Below, one piece after another: positions 52,512 to 64,000 of a DNA stretch of 64,000 nucleotides (position 1 is its first letter; each line of letters begins with the position of its first letter). The notes beneath the pieces were generated by a model. The model saw only the letters and a program-made list of their open reading frames with translations, did not search any database and had not been told where the DNA came from. The position numbers were made by a program, and so were the translations under genes. Source of the stretch: Squalus acanthias (lineage: Eukaryota); assembly GCA_030390025.1 (NCBI GenBank), contig CM059431.1, forward strand, positions 144,772,001 to 144,836,000. Direction: 5' to 3'.

Positions 52512-55500
52512 ACAGTGTGTGTCTCTCCCAGTGAGGAGTCAGACTCTGTAACAAGTGTCCCTGTGTACAGTGTGTGTCTCTCCCAGTGAGGAGTCAGACT
52601 CTGTAACAAGTGTCCCTGTGTACAGTGTGTGTCTCTCCCAGTGAGGAGTCAGACTCTGTAACAAGTGTCCCTGTGTACAGTGTGTGTCTCTCCCAGTGAG
52701 GAGTCAGACTCTGTAACAAGTGTCCCTGTGTACAGTGTGTGTCTCTCCCAGTGAGGAGTCAGACTCTGTAACAAGTGTCCCTGTGTACAGTGTGTGTCTC
52801 TCCCAGTGAGGAGTCAGACTCTGTAACAAGTGTCCCTGTGTACAGTGTGTGTCTCTCCCAGTGAGGAGTCAGACTCTGTAACAAGTGTCCCTGTGTACAG
52901 TGTGTGTCTCTCCCAGTGAGGAGTCAGACTCTGTAACAAGTGTCCCTGTGTACAGTGTGTGTCTCTCCAGTGAGGAGTCAGACTCTGTAACAAGTGTCCC
53001 TGTGTACAGTGTGTGTCTCTCCCAGTGAGGAGTCAGACTCTGTAACAAGTGTCCCTGTGTACAGTGTGTGTCTCTCCCAGTGAGGAGTCAGACTCTGTAA
53101 CAAGTGTCCCTGTGTACAGTGTGTGTCTCTCCCAGTGAGGAGTCAGACTCTGTAACAAGTGTCCCTGTGTACAGTGTGTGTCTCTCCCAGTGAGGAGTCA
53201 GACTCTGTAACAAGTGTCCCTGTGTACAGTGTGTGTCTCTCCCAGTGAGGAGTCAGACTCTGTAACAAGTGTCCCTGTGTACAGTGTGTGTCTCTCCAGT
53301 GAGGAGTCAGACTCTGTAACAAGTGTCCCTGTGTACAGTGTGTGTCTCTCCCAGTGAGGAGTCAGACTCTGTAACAAGTGTCCCTGTGTACAGTGTGTGT
53401 CTCTCCCAGTGAGGAGTCAGACTCTGTAACAAGTGTCCCTGTGTACAGTGTGTGTCTCTCCCAGTGAGGAGTCAGACTCTGTAACAAGTGTCCCTGTGTA
53501 CAGTGTGTGTCTCTCCCAGTGAGGAGTCAGACTCTGTAACAAGTGTCCCTGTGTACAGTGTGTGTCTCTCCCAGTGAGGAGTCAGACTCTGTAACAAGTG
53601 TCCCTGTGTACAGTGTGTGTCTCTCCCAGTGAGGAGTCAGACTCTGTAACAAGTGTCCCTGTGTACAGTGTGTGTCTCTCCCAGTGAGGAGTCAGACTCT
53701 GTAACAAGTGTCCCTGTGTACAGTGTGTGTCTCTCCCAGTGAGGAGTCAGACTCTGTAACAAGTGTCCCTGTGTACAGTGTGTGTCTCTCCCAGTGAGGA
53801 GTCAGACTCTGTAACAAGTGTCCCTGTGTACAGTGTGTGTCTCTCCCAGTGAGGAGTCAGACTCTGTAACAAGTGTCCCTGTGTACAGTGTGTGTCTCTC
53901 CCAGTGAGGAGTCAGACTCTGTAACAAGTGTCCCTGTGTACAGTGTGTGTCTCTCCCAGTGAGGAGTCAGACTCTGTAACAAGTGTCCCTGTGTACAGTG
54001 TGTGTCTCTCCCAGTGAGGAGTCAGACTCTGTAACAAGTGTCCCTGTGTACAGTGTGTGTCTCTCCCAGTGAGGAGTCAGACTCTGTAACAAGTGTCCCT
54101 GTGTACAGTGTGTGTCTCTCCCAGTGAGGAGTCAGACTCTGTAACAAGTGTCCCTGTGTACAGTGTGTGTCTCTCCCAGTGAGGAGTCAGACTCTGTAAC
54201 AAGTGTCCCTGTGTACAGTGTGTGTCTCTCCCAGTGAGGAGTCAGACTCTGTAACAAGTGTCCCTGTGTACAGTGTGTGTCTCTCCCAGTGAGGAGTCAG
54301 ACTCTGTAACAAGTGTCCCTGTGTACAGTGTGTGTCTCTCCCAGTGAGGAGTCAGACTCTGTAACAAGTGTCCCTGTGTACAGTGTGTGTCTCTCCCAGT
54401 GAGGAGTCAGACTCTGTAACAAGTGTCCCTGTGTACAGTGTGTGTCTCTCCCAGTGAGGAGTCAGACTCTGTAACAAGTGTCCCTGTGTACAGTGTGTGT
54501 CTCTCCCAGTGAGGAGTCAGACTCTGTAACAAGTGTCCCTGTGTACAGTGTGTGTCTCTCCCAGTGAGGAGTCAGACTCTGTAACAAGTGTCCCTGTGTA
54601 CAGTGTGTGTCTCTCCCAGTGAGGAGTCAGACTCTGTAACAAGTGTCCCTGTGTACAGTGTGTGTCTCTCCCAGTGAGGAGTCAGACTCTGTAACAAGTG
54701 TCCCTGTGTACAGTGTGTGTCTCTCCCAGTGAGGAGTCAGACTCTGTAACAAGTGTCCCTGTGTACAGTGTGTGTCTCTCCCAGTGAGGAGTCAGACTCT
54801 GTAACAAGTGTCCCTGTGTACAGTGTGTGTCTCTCCCAGTGAGGAGTCAGACTCTGTAACAAGTGTCCCTGTGTACAGTGTGTGTCTCTCCCAGTGAGGA
54901 GTCAGACTCTGTAACAAGTGTCCCTGTGTACAGTGTGTGTCTCTCCCAGTGAGGAGTCAGACTCTGTAACAAGTGTCCCTGTGTACAGTGTGTGTCTCTC
55001 CCAGTGAGGAGTCAGACTCTGTAACAAGTGTCCCTGTGTACAGTGTGTGTCTCTCCCAGTGAGGAGTCAGACTCTGTAACAAGTGTCCCTGTGTACAGTG
55101 TGTGTCTCTCCCAGTGAGGAGTCAGACTCTGTAACAAGTGTCCCTGTGTACAGTGTGTGTCTCTCCCAGTGAGGAGTCAGACTCTGTAACAAGTGTCCCT
55201 GTGTACAGTGTGTGTCTCTCCCAGTGAGGAGTCAGACTCTGTAACAAGTGTCCCTGTGTACAGTGTGTGTCTCTCCCAGTGAGGAGTCAGACTCTGTAAC
55301 AAGTGTCCCTGTGTACAGTGTGTGTCTCTCCCAGTGAGGAGTCAGACTCTGTAACAAGTGTCCCTGTGTACAGTGTGTGTCTCTCCCAGTGAGGAGTCAG
55401 ACTCTGTAACAAGTGTCCCTGTGTACAGTGTGTGTCTCTCCCAGTGAGGAGTCAGACTCTGTAACAAGTGTCCCTGTGTACAGTGTGTGTCTCTCCCAGT

Positions 55501-56523
55501 GAGGAGTCAGACTCTGTAACAAGTGTCCCTGTGTACAGTGTGTGTCTCTCCAGTGAGGAGTCAGACTCTGTAACAAGTGTCCCTGTGTACAGTGTGTGTC
55601 TCTCCCAGTGAGGAGTCAGACTCTGTAACAAGTGTCCCTGTGTACAGTGTGTGTCTCTCCCAGTGAGGAGTCAGACTCTGTAACAAGTGTCCCTGTGTAC
55701 AGTGTGTGTCTCTCCCAGTGAGGAGTCAGACTCTGTAACAAGTGTCCCTGTGTACAGTGTGTGTCTCTCCCAGTGAGGAGTCAGACTCTGTAACAAGTGT
55801 CCCTGTGTACAGTGTGTGTCTCTCCCAGTGAGGAGTCAGACTCTGTAACAAGTGTCCCTGTGTACAGTGTGTGTCTCTCCCAGTGAGGAGTCAGACTCTG
55901 TAACAAGTGTCCCTGTGTACAGTGTGTGTCTCTCCCAGTGAGGAGTCAGACTCTGTAACAAGTGTCCCTGTGTACAGTGTGTGTCTCTCCCAGTGAGGAG
56001 TCAGACTCTGTAACAAGTGTCCCTGTGTACAGTGTGTGTCTCTCCCAGTGAGGAGTCAGACTCTGTAACAAGTGTCCCTGTGTACAGTGTGTGTCTCTCC
56101 CAGTGAGGAGTCAGACTCTGTAACAAGTGTCCCTGTGTACAGTGTGTGTCTCTCCCAGTGAGGAGTCAGACTCTGTAACAAGTGTCCCTGTGTACAGTGT
56201 GTGTCTCTCCCAGTGAGGAGTCAGACTCTGTAACAAGTGTCCCTGTGTACAGTGTGTGTCTCTCCCAGTGAGGAGTCAGACTCTGTAACAAGTGTCCCTG
56301 TGTACAGTGTGTGTCTCTCCCAGTGAGGAGTCAGACTCTGTAACAAGTGTCCCTGTGTACAGTGTGTGTCTCTCCCAGTGAGGAGTCAGACTCTGTAACA
56401 AGTGTCCCTGTGTACAGTGTGTGTCTCTCCCAGTGAGGAGTCAGACTCTGTAACAAGTGTCCCTGTGTACAGTGTGTGTCTCTCCCAGTGAGGAGTCAGA
56501 CTCTGTAACAAGTGTCCCTGTGT

Positions 56524-56576
56524 ACAGTGTGTGTCTCCCAGTGAGGAGTCAGACTCTGTAACAAGTGTCCCTGTGT
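56524..56576. repeat. Variant monomer no. 1029 (53 bp; one TC dinucleotide lost)
   Basis: 56531-56540 reads gtgtctccca, with a 2-bp phase shift. It lies inside listed ORF 56386..56619. Confidence 0.95.
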
Positions 56577-58995
56577 ACAGTGTGTGTCTCTCCCAGTGAG
56601 GAGTCAGACTCTGTAACAAGTGTCCCTGTGTACAGTGTGTGTCTCTCCCAGTGAGGAGTCAGACTCTGTAACAAGTGTCCCTGTGTACAGTGTGTGTCTC
56701 TCCCAGTGAGGAGTCAGACTCTGTAACAAGTGTCCCTGTGTACAGTGTGTGTCTCTCCCAGTGAGGAGTCAGACTCTGTAACAAGTGTCCCTGTGTACAG
56801 TGTGTGTCTCTCCCAGTGAGGAGTCAGACTCTGTAACAAGTGTCCCTGTGTACAGTGTGTGTCTCTCCCAGTGAGGAGTCAGACTCTGTAACAAGTGTCC
56901 CTGTGTACAGTGTGTGTCTCTCCCAGTGAGGAGTCAGACTCTGTAACAAGTGTCCCTGTGTACAGTGTGTGTCTCTCCCAGTGAGGAGTCAGACTCTGTA
57001 ACAAGTGTCCCTGTGTACAGTGTGTGTCTCTCCCAGTGAGGAGTCAGACTCTGTAACAAGTGTCCCTGTGTACAGTGTGTGTCTCTCCCAGTGAGGAGTC
57101 AGACTCTGTAACAAGTGTCCCTGTGTACAGTGTGTGTCTCTCCCAGTGAGGAGTCAGACTCTGTAACAAGTGTCCCTGTGTACAGTGTGTGTCTCTCCCA
57201 GTGAGGAGTCAGACTCTGTAACAAGTGTCCCTGTGTACAGTGTGTGTCTCTCCCAGTGAGGAGTCAGACTCTGTAACAAGTGTCCCTGTGTACAGTGTGT
57301 GTCTCTCCCAGTGAGGAGTCAGACTCTGTAACAAGTGTCCCTGTGTACAGTGTGTGTCTCTCCCAGTGAGGAGTCAGACTCTGTAACAAGTGTCCCTGTG
57401 TACAGTGTGTGTCTCTCCCAGTGAGGAGTCAGACTCTGTAACAAGTGTCCCTGTGTACAGTGTGTGTCTCTCCCAGTGAGGAGTCAGACTCTGTAACAAG
57501 TGTCCCTGTGTACAGTGTGTGTCTCTCCCAGTGAGGAGTCAGACTCTGTAACAAGTGTCCCTGTGTACAGTGTGTGTCTCTCCCAGTGAGGAGTCAGACT
57601 CTGTAACAAGTGTCCCTGTGTACAGTGTGTGTCTCTCCCAGTGAGGAGTCAGACTCTGTAACAAGTGTCCCTGTGTACAGTGTGTGTCTCTCCCAGTGAG
57701 GAGTCAGACTCTGTAACAAGTGTCCCTGTGTACAGTGTGTGTCTCTCCCAGTGAGGAGTCAGACTCTGTAACAAGTGTCCCTGTGTACAGTGTGTGTCTC
57801 TCCCAGTGAGGAGTCAGACTCTGTAACAAGTGTCCCTGTGTACAGTGTGTGTCTCTCCCAGTGAGGAGTCAGACTCTGTAACAAGTGTCCCTGTGTACAG
57901 TGTGTGTCTCTCCCAGTGAGGAGTCAGACTCTGTAACAAGTGTCCCTGTGTACAGTGTGTGTCTCTCCCAGTGAGGAGTCAGACTCTGTAACAAGTGTCC
58001 CTGTGTACAGTGTGTGTCTCTCCCAGTGAGGAGTCAGACTCTGTAACAAGTGTCCCTGTGTACAGTGTGTGTCTCTCCCAGTGAGGAGTCAGACTCTGTA
58101 ACAAGTGTCCCTGTGTACAGTGTGTGTCTCTCCCAGTGAGGAGTCAGACTCTGTAACAAGTGTCCCTGTGTACAGTGTGTGTCTCTCCCAGTGAGGAGTC
58201 AGACTCTGTAACAAGTGTCCCTGTGTACAGTGTGTGTCTCTCCCAGTGAGGAGTCAGACTCTGTAACAAGTGTCCCTGTGTACAGTGTGTGTCTCTCCCA
58301 GTGAGGAGTCAGACTCTGTAACAAGTGTCCCTGTGTACAGTGTGTGTCTCTCCCAGTGAGGAGTCAGACTCTGTAACAAGTGTCCCTGTGTACAGTGTGT
58401 GTCTCTCCCAGTGAGGAGTCAGACTCTGTAACAAGTGTCCCTGTGTACAGTGTGTGTCTCTCCCAGTGAGGAGTCAGACTCTGTAACAAGTGTCCCTGTG
58501 TACAGTGTGTGTCTCTCCCAGTGAGGAGTCAGACTCTGTAACAAGTGTCCCTGTGTACAGTGTGTGTCTCTCCCAGTGAGGAGTCAGACTCTGTAACAAG
58601 TGTCCCTGTGTACAGTGTGTGTCTCTCCCAGTGAGGAGTCAGACTCTGTAACAAGTGTCCCTGTGTACAGTGTGTGTCTCTCCCAGTGAGGAGTCAGACT
58701 CTGTAACAAGTGTCCCTGTGTACAGTGTGTGTCTCTCCCAGTGAGGAGTCAGACTCTGTAACAAGTGTCCCTGTGTACAGTGTGTGTCTCTCCCAGTGAG
58801 GAGTCAGACTCTGTAACAAGTGTCCCTGTGTACAGTGTGTGTCTCTCCCAGTGAGGAGTCAGACTCTGTAACAAGTGTCCCTGTGTACAGTGTGTGTCTC
58901 TCCCAGTGAGGAGTCAGACTCTGTAACAAGTGTCCCTGTGTACAGTGTGTGTCTCTCCAGTGAGGAGTCAGACTCTGTAACAAGTGTCCCTGTGT

Positions 58996-61900
58996 ACAGT
59001 GTGTGTCTCTCCCAGTGAGGAGTCAGACTCTGTAACAAGTGTCCCTGTGTACAGTGTGTGTCTCTCCCAGTGAGGAGTCAGACTCTGTAACAAGTGTCCC
59101 TGTGTACAGTGTGTGTCTCTCCCAGTGAGGAGTCAGACTCTGTAACAAGTGTCCCTGTGTACAGTGTGTGTCTCTCCCAGTGAGGAGTCAGACTCTGTAA
59201 CAAGTGTCCCTGTGTACAGTGTGTGTCTCTCCCAGTGAGGAGTCAGACTCTGTAACAAGTGTCCCTGTGTACAGTGTGTGTCTCTCCCAGTGAGGAGTCA
59301 GACTCTGTAACAAGTGTCCCTGTGTACAGTGTGTGTCTCTCCCAGTGAGGAGTCAGACTCTGTAACAAGTGTCCCTGTGTACAGTGTGTGTCTCTCCCAG
59401 TGAGGAGTCAGACTCTGTAACAAGTGTCCCTGTGTACAGTGTGTGTCTCTCCCAGTGAGGAGTCAGACTCTGTAACAAGTGTCCCTGTGTACAGTGTGTG
59501 TCTCTCCCAGTGAGGAGTCAGACTCTGTAACAAGTGTCCCTGTGTACAGTGTGTGTCTCTCCCAGTGAGGAGTCAGACTCTGTAACAAGTGTCCCTGTGT
59601 ACAGTGTGTGTCTCTCCCAGTGAGGAGTCAGACTCTGTAACAAGTGTCCCTGTGTACAGTGTGTGTCTCTCCCAGTGAGGAGTCAGACTCTGTAACAAGT
59701 GTCCCTGTGTACAGTGTGTGTCTCTCCCAGTGAGGAGTCAGACTCTGTAACAAGTGTCCCTGTGTACAGTGTGTGTCTCTCCCAGTGAGGAGTCAGACTC
59801 TGTAACAAGTGTCCCTGTGTACAGTGTGTGTCTCTCCCAGTGAGGAGTCAGACTCTGTAACAAGTGTCCCTGTGTACAGTGTGTGTCTCTCCCAGTGAGG
59901 AGTCAGACTCTGTAACAAGTGTCCCTGTGTACAGTGTGTGTCTCTCCCAGTGAGGAGTCAGACTCTGTAACAAGTGTCCCTGTGTACAGTGTGTGTCTCT
60001 CCCAGTGAGGAGTCAGACTCTGTAACAAGTGTCCCTGTGTACAGTGTGTGTCTCTCCCAGTGAGGAGTCAGACTCTGTAACAAGTGTCCCTGTGTACAGT
60101 GTGTGTCTCTCCCAGTGAGGAGTCAGACTCTGTAACAAGTGTCCCTGTGTACAGTGTGTGTCTCTCCCAGTGAGGAGTCAGACTCTGTAACAAGTGTCCC
60201 TGTGTACAGTGTGTGTCTCTCCCAGTGAGGAGTCAGACTCTGTAACAAGTGTCCCTGTGTACAGTGTGTGTCTCTCCCAGTGAGGAGTCAGACTCTGTAA
60301 CAAGTGTCCCTGTGTACAGTGTGTGTCTCTCCCAGTGAGGAGTCAGACTCTGTAACAAGTGTCCCTGTGTACAGTGTGTGTCTCTCCCAGTGAGGAGTCA
60401 GACTCTGTAACAAGTGTCCCTGTGTACAGTGTGTGTCTCTCCCAGTGAGGAGTCAGACTCTGTAACAAGTGTCCCTGTGTACAGTGTGTGTCTCTCCCAG
60501 TGAGGAGTCAGACTCTGTAACAAGTGTCCCTGTGTACAGTGTGTGTCTCTCCCAGTGAGGAGTCAGACTCTGTAACAAGTGTCCCTGTGTACAGTGTGTG
60601 TCTCTCCCAGTGAGGAGTCAGACTCTGTAACAAGTGTCCCTGTGTACAGTGTGTGTCTCTCCCAGTGAGGAGTCAGACTCTGTAACAAGTGTCCCTGTGT
60701 ACAGTGTGTGTCTCTCCCAGTGAGGAGTCAGACTCTGTAACAAGTGTCCCTGTGTACAGTGTGTGTCTCTCCCAGTGAGGAGTCAGACTCTGTAACAAGT
60801 GTCCCTGTGTACAGTGTGTGTCTCTCCCAGTGAGGAGTCAGACTCTGTAACAAGTGTCCCTGTGTACAGTGTGTGTCTCTCCCAGTGAGGAGTCAGACTC
60901 TGTAACAAGTGTCCCTGTGTACAGTGTGTGTCTCTCCCAGTGAGGAGTCAGACTCTGTAACAAGTGTCCCTGTGTACAGTGTGTGTCTCTCCCAGTGAGG
61001 AGTCAGACTCTGTAACAAGTGTCCCTGTGTACAGTGTGTGTCTCTCCCAGTGAGGAGTCAGACTCTGTAACAAGTGTCCCTGTGTACAGTGTGTGTCTCT
61101 CCCAGTGAGGAGTCAGACTCTGTAACAAGTGTCCCTGTGTACAGTGTGTGTCTCTCCCAGTGAGGAGTCAGACTCTGTAACAAGTGTCCCTGTGTACAGT
61201 GTGTGTCTCTCCCAGTGAGGAGTCAGACTCTGTAACAAGTGTCCCTGTGTACAGTGTGTGTCTCTCCCAGTGAGGAGTCAGACTCTGTAACAAGTGTCCC
61301 TGTGTACAGTGTGTGTCTCTCCCAGTGAGGAGTCAGACTCTGTAACAAGTGTCCCTGTGTACAGTGTGTGTCTCTCCCAGTGAGGAGTCAGACTCTGTAA
61401 CAAGTGTCCCTGTGTACAGTGTGTGTCTCTCCCAGTGAGGAGTCAGACTCTGTAACAAGTGTCCCTGTGTACAGTGTGTGTCTCTCCCAGTGAGGAGTCA
61501 GACTCTGTAACAAGTGTCCCTGTGTACAGTGTGTGTCTCTCCCAGTGAGGAGTCAGACTCTGTAACAAGTGTCCCTGTGTACAGTGTGTGTCTCTCCCAG
61601 TGAGGAGTCAGACTCTGTAACAAGTGTCCCTGTGTACAGTGTGTGTCTCTCCCAGTGAGGAGTCAGACTCTGTAACAAGTGTCCCTGTGTACAGTGTGTG
61701 TCTCTCCCAGTGAGGAGTCAGACTCTGTAACAAGTGTCCCTGTGTACAGTGTGTGTCTCTCCCAGTGAGGAGTCAGACTCTGTAACAAGTGTCCCTGTGT
61801 ACAGTGTGTGTCTCTCCCAGTGAGGAGTCAGACTCTGTAACAAGTGTCCCTGTGTACAGTGTGTGTCTCTCCCAGTGAGGAGTCAGACTCTGTAACAAGT

Positions 61901-64000
61901 GTCCCTGTGTACAGTGTGTGTCTCTCCCAGTGAGGAGTCAGACTCTGTAACAAGTGTCCCTGTGTACAGTGTGTGTCTCTCCCAGTGAGGAGTCAGACTC
62001 TGTAACAAGTGTCCCTGTGTACAGTGTGTGTCTCTCCCAGTGAGGAGTCAGACTCTGTAACAAGTGTCCCTGTGTACAGTGTGTGTCTCTCCCAGTGAGG
62101 AGTCAGACTCTGTAACAAGTGTCCCTGTGTACAGTGTGTGTCTCTCCCAGTGAGGAGTCAGACTCTGTAACAAGTGTCCCTGTGTACAGTGTGTGTCTCT
62201 CCCAGTGAGGAGTCAGACTCTGTAACAAGTGTCCCTGTGTACAGTGTGTGTCTCTCCCAGTGAGGAGTCAGACTCTGTAACAAGTGTCCCTGTGTACAGT
62301 GTGTGTCTCTCCCAGTGAGGAGTCAGACTCTGTAACAAGTGTCCCTGTGTACAGTGTGTGTCTCTCCCAGTGAGGAGTCAGACTCTGTAACAAGTGTCCC
62401 TGTGTACAGTGTGTGTCTCTCCCAGTGAGGAGTCAGACTCTGTAACAAGTGTCCCTGTGTACAGTGTGTGTCTCTCCCAGTGAGGAGTCAGACTCTGTAA
62501 CAAGTGTCCCTGTGTACAGTGTGTGTCTCTCCCAGTGAGGAGTCAGACTCTGTAACAAGTGTCCCTGTGTACAGTGTGTGTCTCTCCCAGTGAGGAGTCA
62601 GACTCTGTAACAAGTGTCCCTGTGTACAGTGTGTGTCTCTCCCAGTGAGGAGTCAGACTCTGTAACAAGTGTCCCTGTGTACAGTGTGTGTCTCTCCCAG
62701 TGAGGAGTCAGACTCTGTAACAAGTGTCCCTGTGTACAGTGTGTGTCTCTCCCAGTGAGGAGTCAGACTCTGTAACAAGTGTCCCTGTGTACAGTGTGTG
62801 TCTCTCCCAGTGAGGAGTCAGACTCTGTAACAAGTGTCCCTGTGTACAGTGTGTGTCTCTCCCAGTGAGGAGTCAGACTCTGTAACAAGTGTCCCTGTGT
62901 ACAGTGTGTGTCTCTCCCAGTGAGGAGTCAGACTCTGTAACAAGTGTCCCTGTGTACAGTGTGTGTCTCTCCCAGTGAGGAGTCAGACTCTGTAACAAGT
63001 GTCCCTGTGTACAGTGTGTGTCTCTCCCAGTGAGGAGTCAGACTCTGTAACAAGTGTCCCTGTGTACAGTGTGTGTCTCTCCCAGTGAGGAGTCAGACTC
63101 TGTAACAAGTGTCCCTGTGTACAGTGTGTGTCTCTCCCAGTGAGGAGTCAGACTCTGTAACAAGTGTCCCTGTGTACAGTGTGTGTCTCTCCCAGTGAGG
63201 AGTCAGACTCTGTAACAAGTGTCCCTGTGTACAGTGTGTGTCTCTCCCAGTGAGGAGTCAGACTCTGTAACAAGTGTCCCTGTGTACAGTGTGTGTCTCT
63301 CCCAGTGAGGAGTCAGACTCTGTAACAAGTGTCCCTGTGTACAGTGTGTGTCTCTCCCAGTGAGGAGTCAGACTCTGTAACAAGTGTCCCTGTGTACAGT
63401 GTGTGTCTCTCCCAGTGAGGAGTCAGACTCTGTAACAAGTGTCCCTGTGTACAGTGTGTGTCTCTCCCAGTGAGGAGTCAGACTCTGTAACAAGTGTCCC
63501 TGTGTACAGTGTGTGTCTCTCCCAGTGAGGAGTCAGACTCTGTAACAAGTGTCCCTGTGTACAGTGTGTGTCTCTCCCAGTGAGGAGTCAGACTCTGTAA
63601 CAAGTGTCCCTGTGTACAGTGTGTGTCTCTCCCAGTGAGGAGTCAGACTCTGTAACAAGTGTCCCTGTGTACAGTGTGTGTCTCTCCCAGTGAGGAGTCA
63701 GACTCTGTAACAAGTGTCCCTGTGTACAGTGTGTGTCTCTCCCAGTGAGGAGTCAGACTCTGTAACAAGTGTCCCTGTGTACAGTGTGTGTCTCTCCCAG
63801 TGAGGAGTCAGACTCTGTAACAAGTGTCCCTGTGTACAGTGTGTGTCTCTCCCAGTGAGGAGTCAGACTCTGTAACAAGTGTCCCTGTGTACAGTGTGTG
63901 TCTCTCCCAGTGAGGAGTCAGACTCTGTAACAAGTGTCCCTGTGTACAGTGTGTGTCTCTCCCAGTGAGGAGTCAGACTCTGTAACAAGTGTCCCTGTGT
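58996..64000. repeat. Apparently perfect block of 91 identical monomers (5,005 bp)
   Basis: No phase shift from monomer 1074 to 1164, and 91 x 55 = 5,005. Confidence 0.9.

Larger units (their letters stand above)
38610..58995. repeat. Variant-containing block: 16 deletion-bearing monomers among 371 copies
   Basis: Variant monomers start at 38610(-2), 38883, 44657, 47296, 48010, 48999, 50318, 50482, 51196, 51800, 52459(-2), 52952, 53281, 55535, 56524(-2) and 58942. Unmarked ones are -1 C. Confidence 0.92.
1..64000. repeat. Tandem satellite/minisatellite array, 55-bp monomer ACAGTGTGTGTCTCTCCCAGTGAGGAGTCAGACTCTGTAACAAGTGTCCCTGTGT, 1,164 head-to-tail copies, running off both window edges
   Basis: Seen directly: bases 1-55 recur at 56-110 and so on, and the 60-nt line pattern recurs every 660 bp (12 x 55). 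Phase shifts total 20 deleted bases, and 64,020/55 = 1,164 exactly. One orientation throughout. Family and organism not recognised. Confidence 0.99.

Noticed and set aside
52321..52554. Identical 77-aa minus-strand ORF
   Set aside because: Same artefact, caused by the 2-bp deletion in monomer 955. Identity among the three ORFs reflects the repeat, not gene duplication.
56386..56619. Identical 77-aa minus-strand ORF
   Set aside because: Same artefact, caused by the 2-bp deletion in monomer 1029.
38610..58995. Higher-order repeat or coded pattern in variant spacing
   Set aside because: Variant monomer indices (703, 708, 813, 861, 874, 892, 916, 919, 932, 943, 955, 964, 970, 1011, 1029, 1073) give gaps of 5, 105, 48, 13, 18, 24, 3, 13, 11, 12, 9, 6, 41, 18 and 44. 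No recurring series is evident.
1..64000. CRISPR array or other repeat-spacer system
   Set aside because: There are no variable spacers: the entire 55 bp is repeated. No leader or cas genes are present.
1..64000. Telomerase-type telomeric repeat or tandem RNA gene array (tRNA, 5S, snRNA)
   Set aside because: The unit is longer than typical telomerase repeats and has no strand-biased G-runs. At 55 bp it is too short for these RNA genes and shows no recognisable cloverleaf or A/B box.
63946..64000. Window holds an exact whole number of monomers (1,164)
   Set aside because: Most likely a roughly 1-in-55 coincidence of the fixed window size. It is useful only as an arithmetic check on the deletion count and is not evidence of array ends or circularity.

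Overview
The whole 64,000-bp window is one uninterrupted head-to-tail tandem array of a 55-bp monomer: ACAGTGTGTGTCTCTCCCAGTGAGGAGTCAGACTCTGTAACAAGTGTCCCTGTGT. The monomer is 28/55 GC, has no CpG and has no ATG on either strand. Tracking the phase through the window gives 1,164 monomers: 1,147 appear identical to the consensus and 17 carry a short deletion (14 x 1 bp, 3 x 2 bp; 64,000 + 20 = 1,164 x 55). All 17 deletions fall in the same TCTCTCCC tract, and 16 of them lie between 38.6 and 59.0 kb. I saw no substitutions, insertions, inversions, unique spacers, genes or mobile elements, although a lone substitution could be missed by eye. The three listed ORFs are by-products of the three 2-bp deletions. 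The window is best described as an extremely homogeneous satellite/large minisatellite array, probably eukaryotic, of a family I do not recognise. An assembly or amplification artefact cannot be excluded. I cannot support a novel gene system here.
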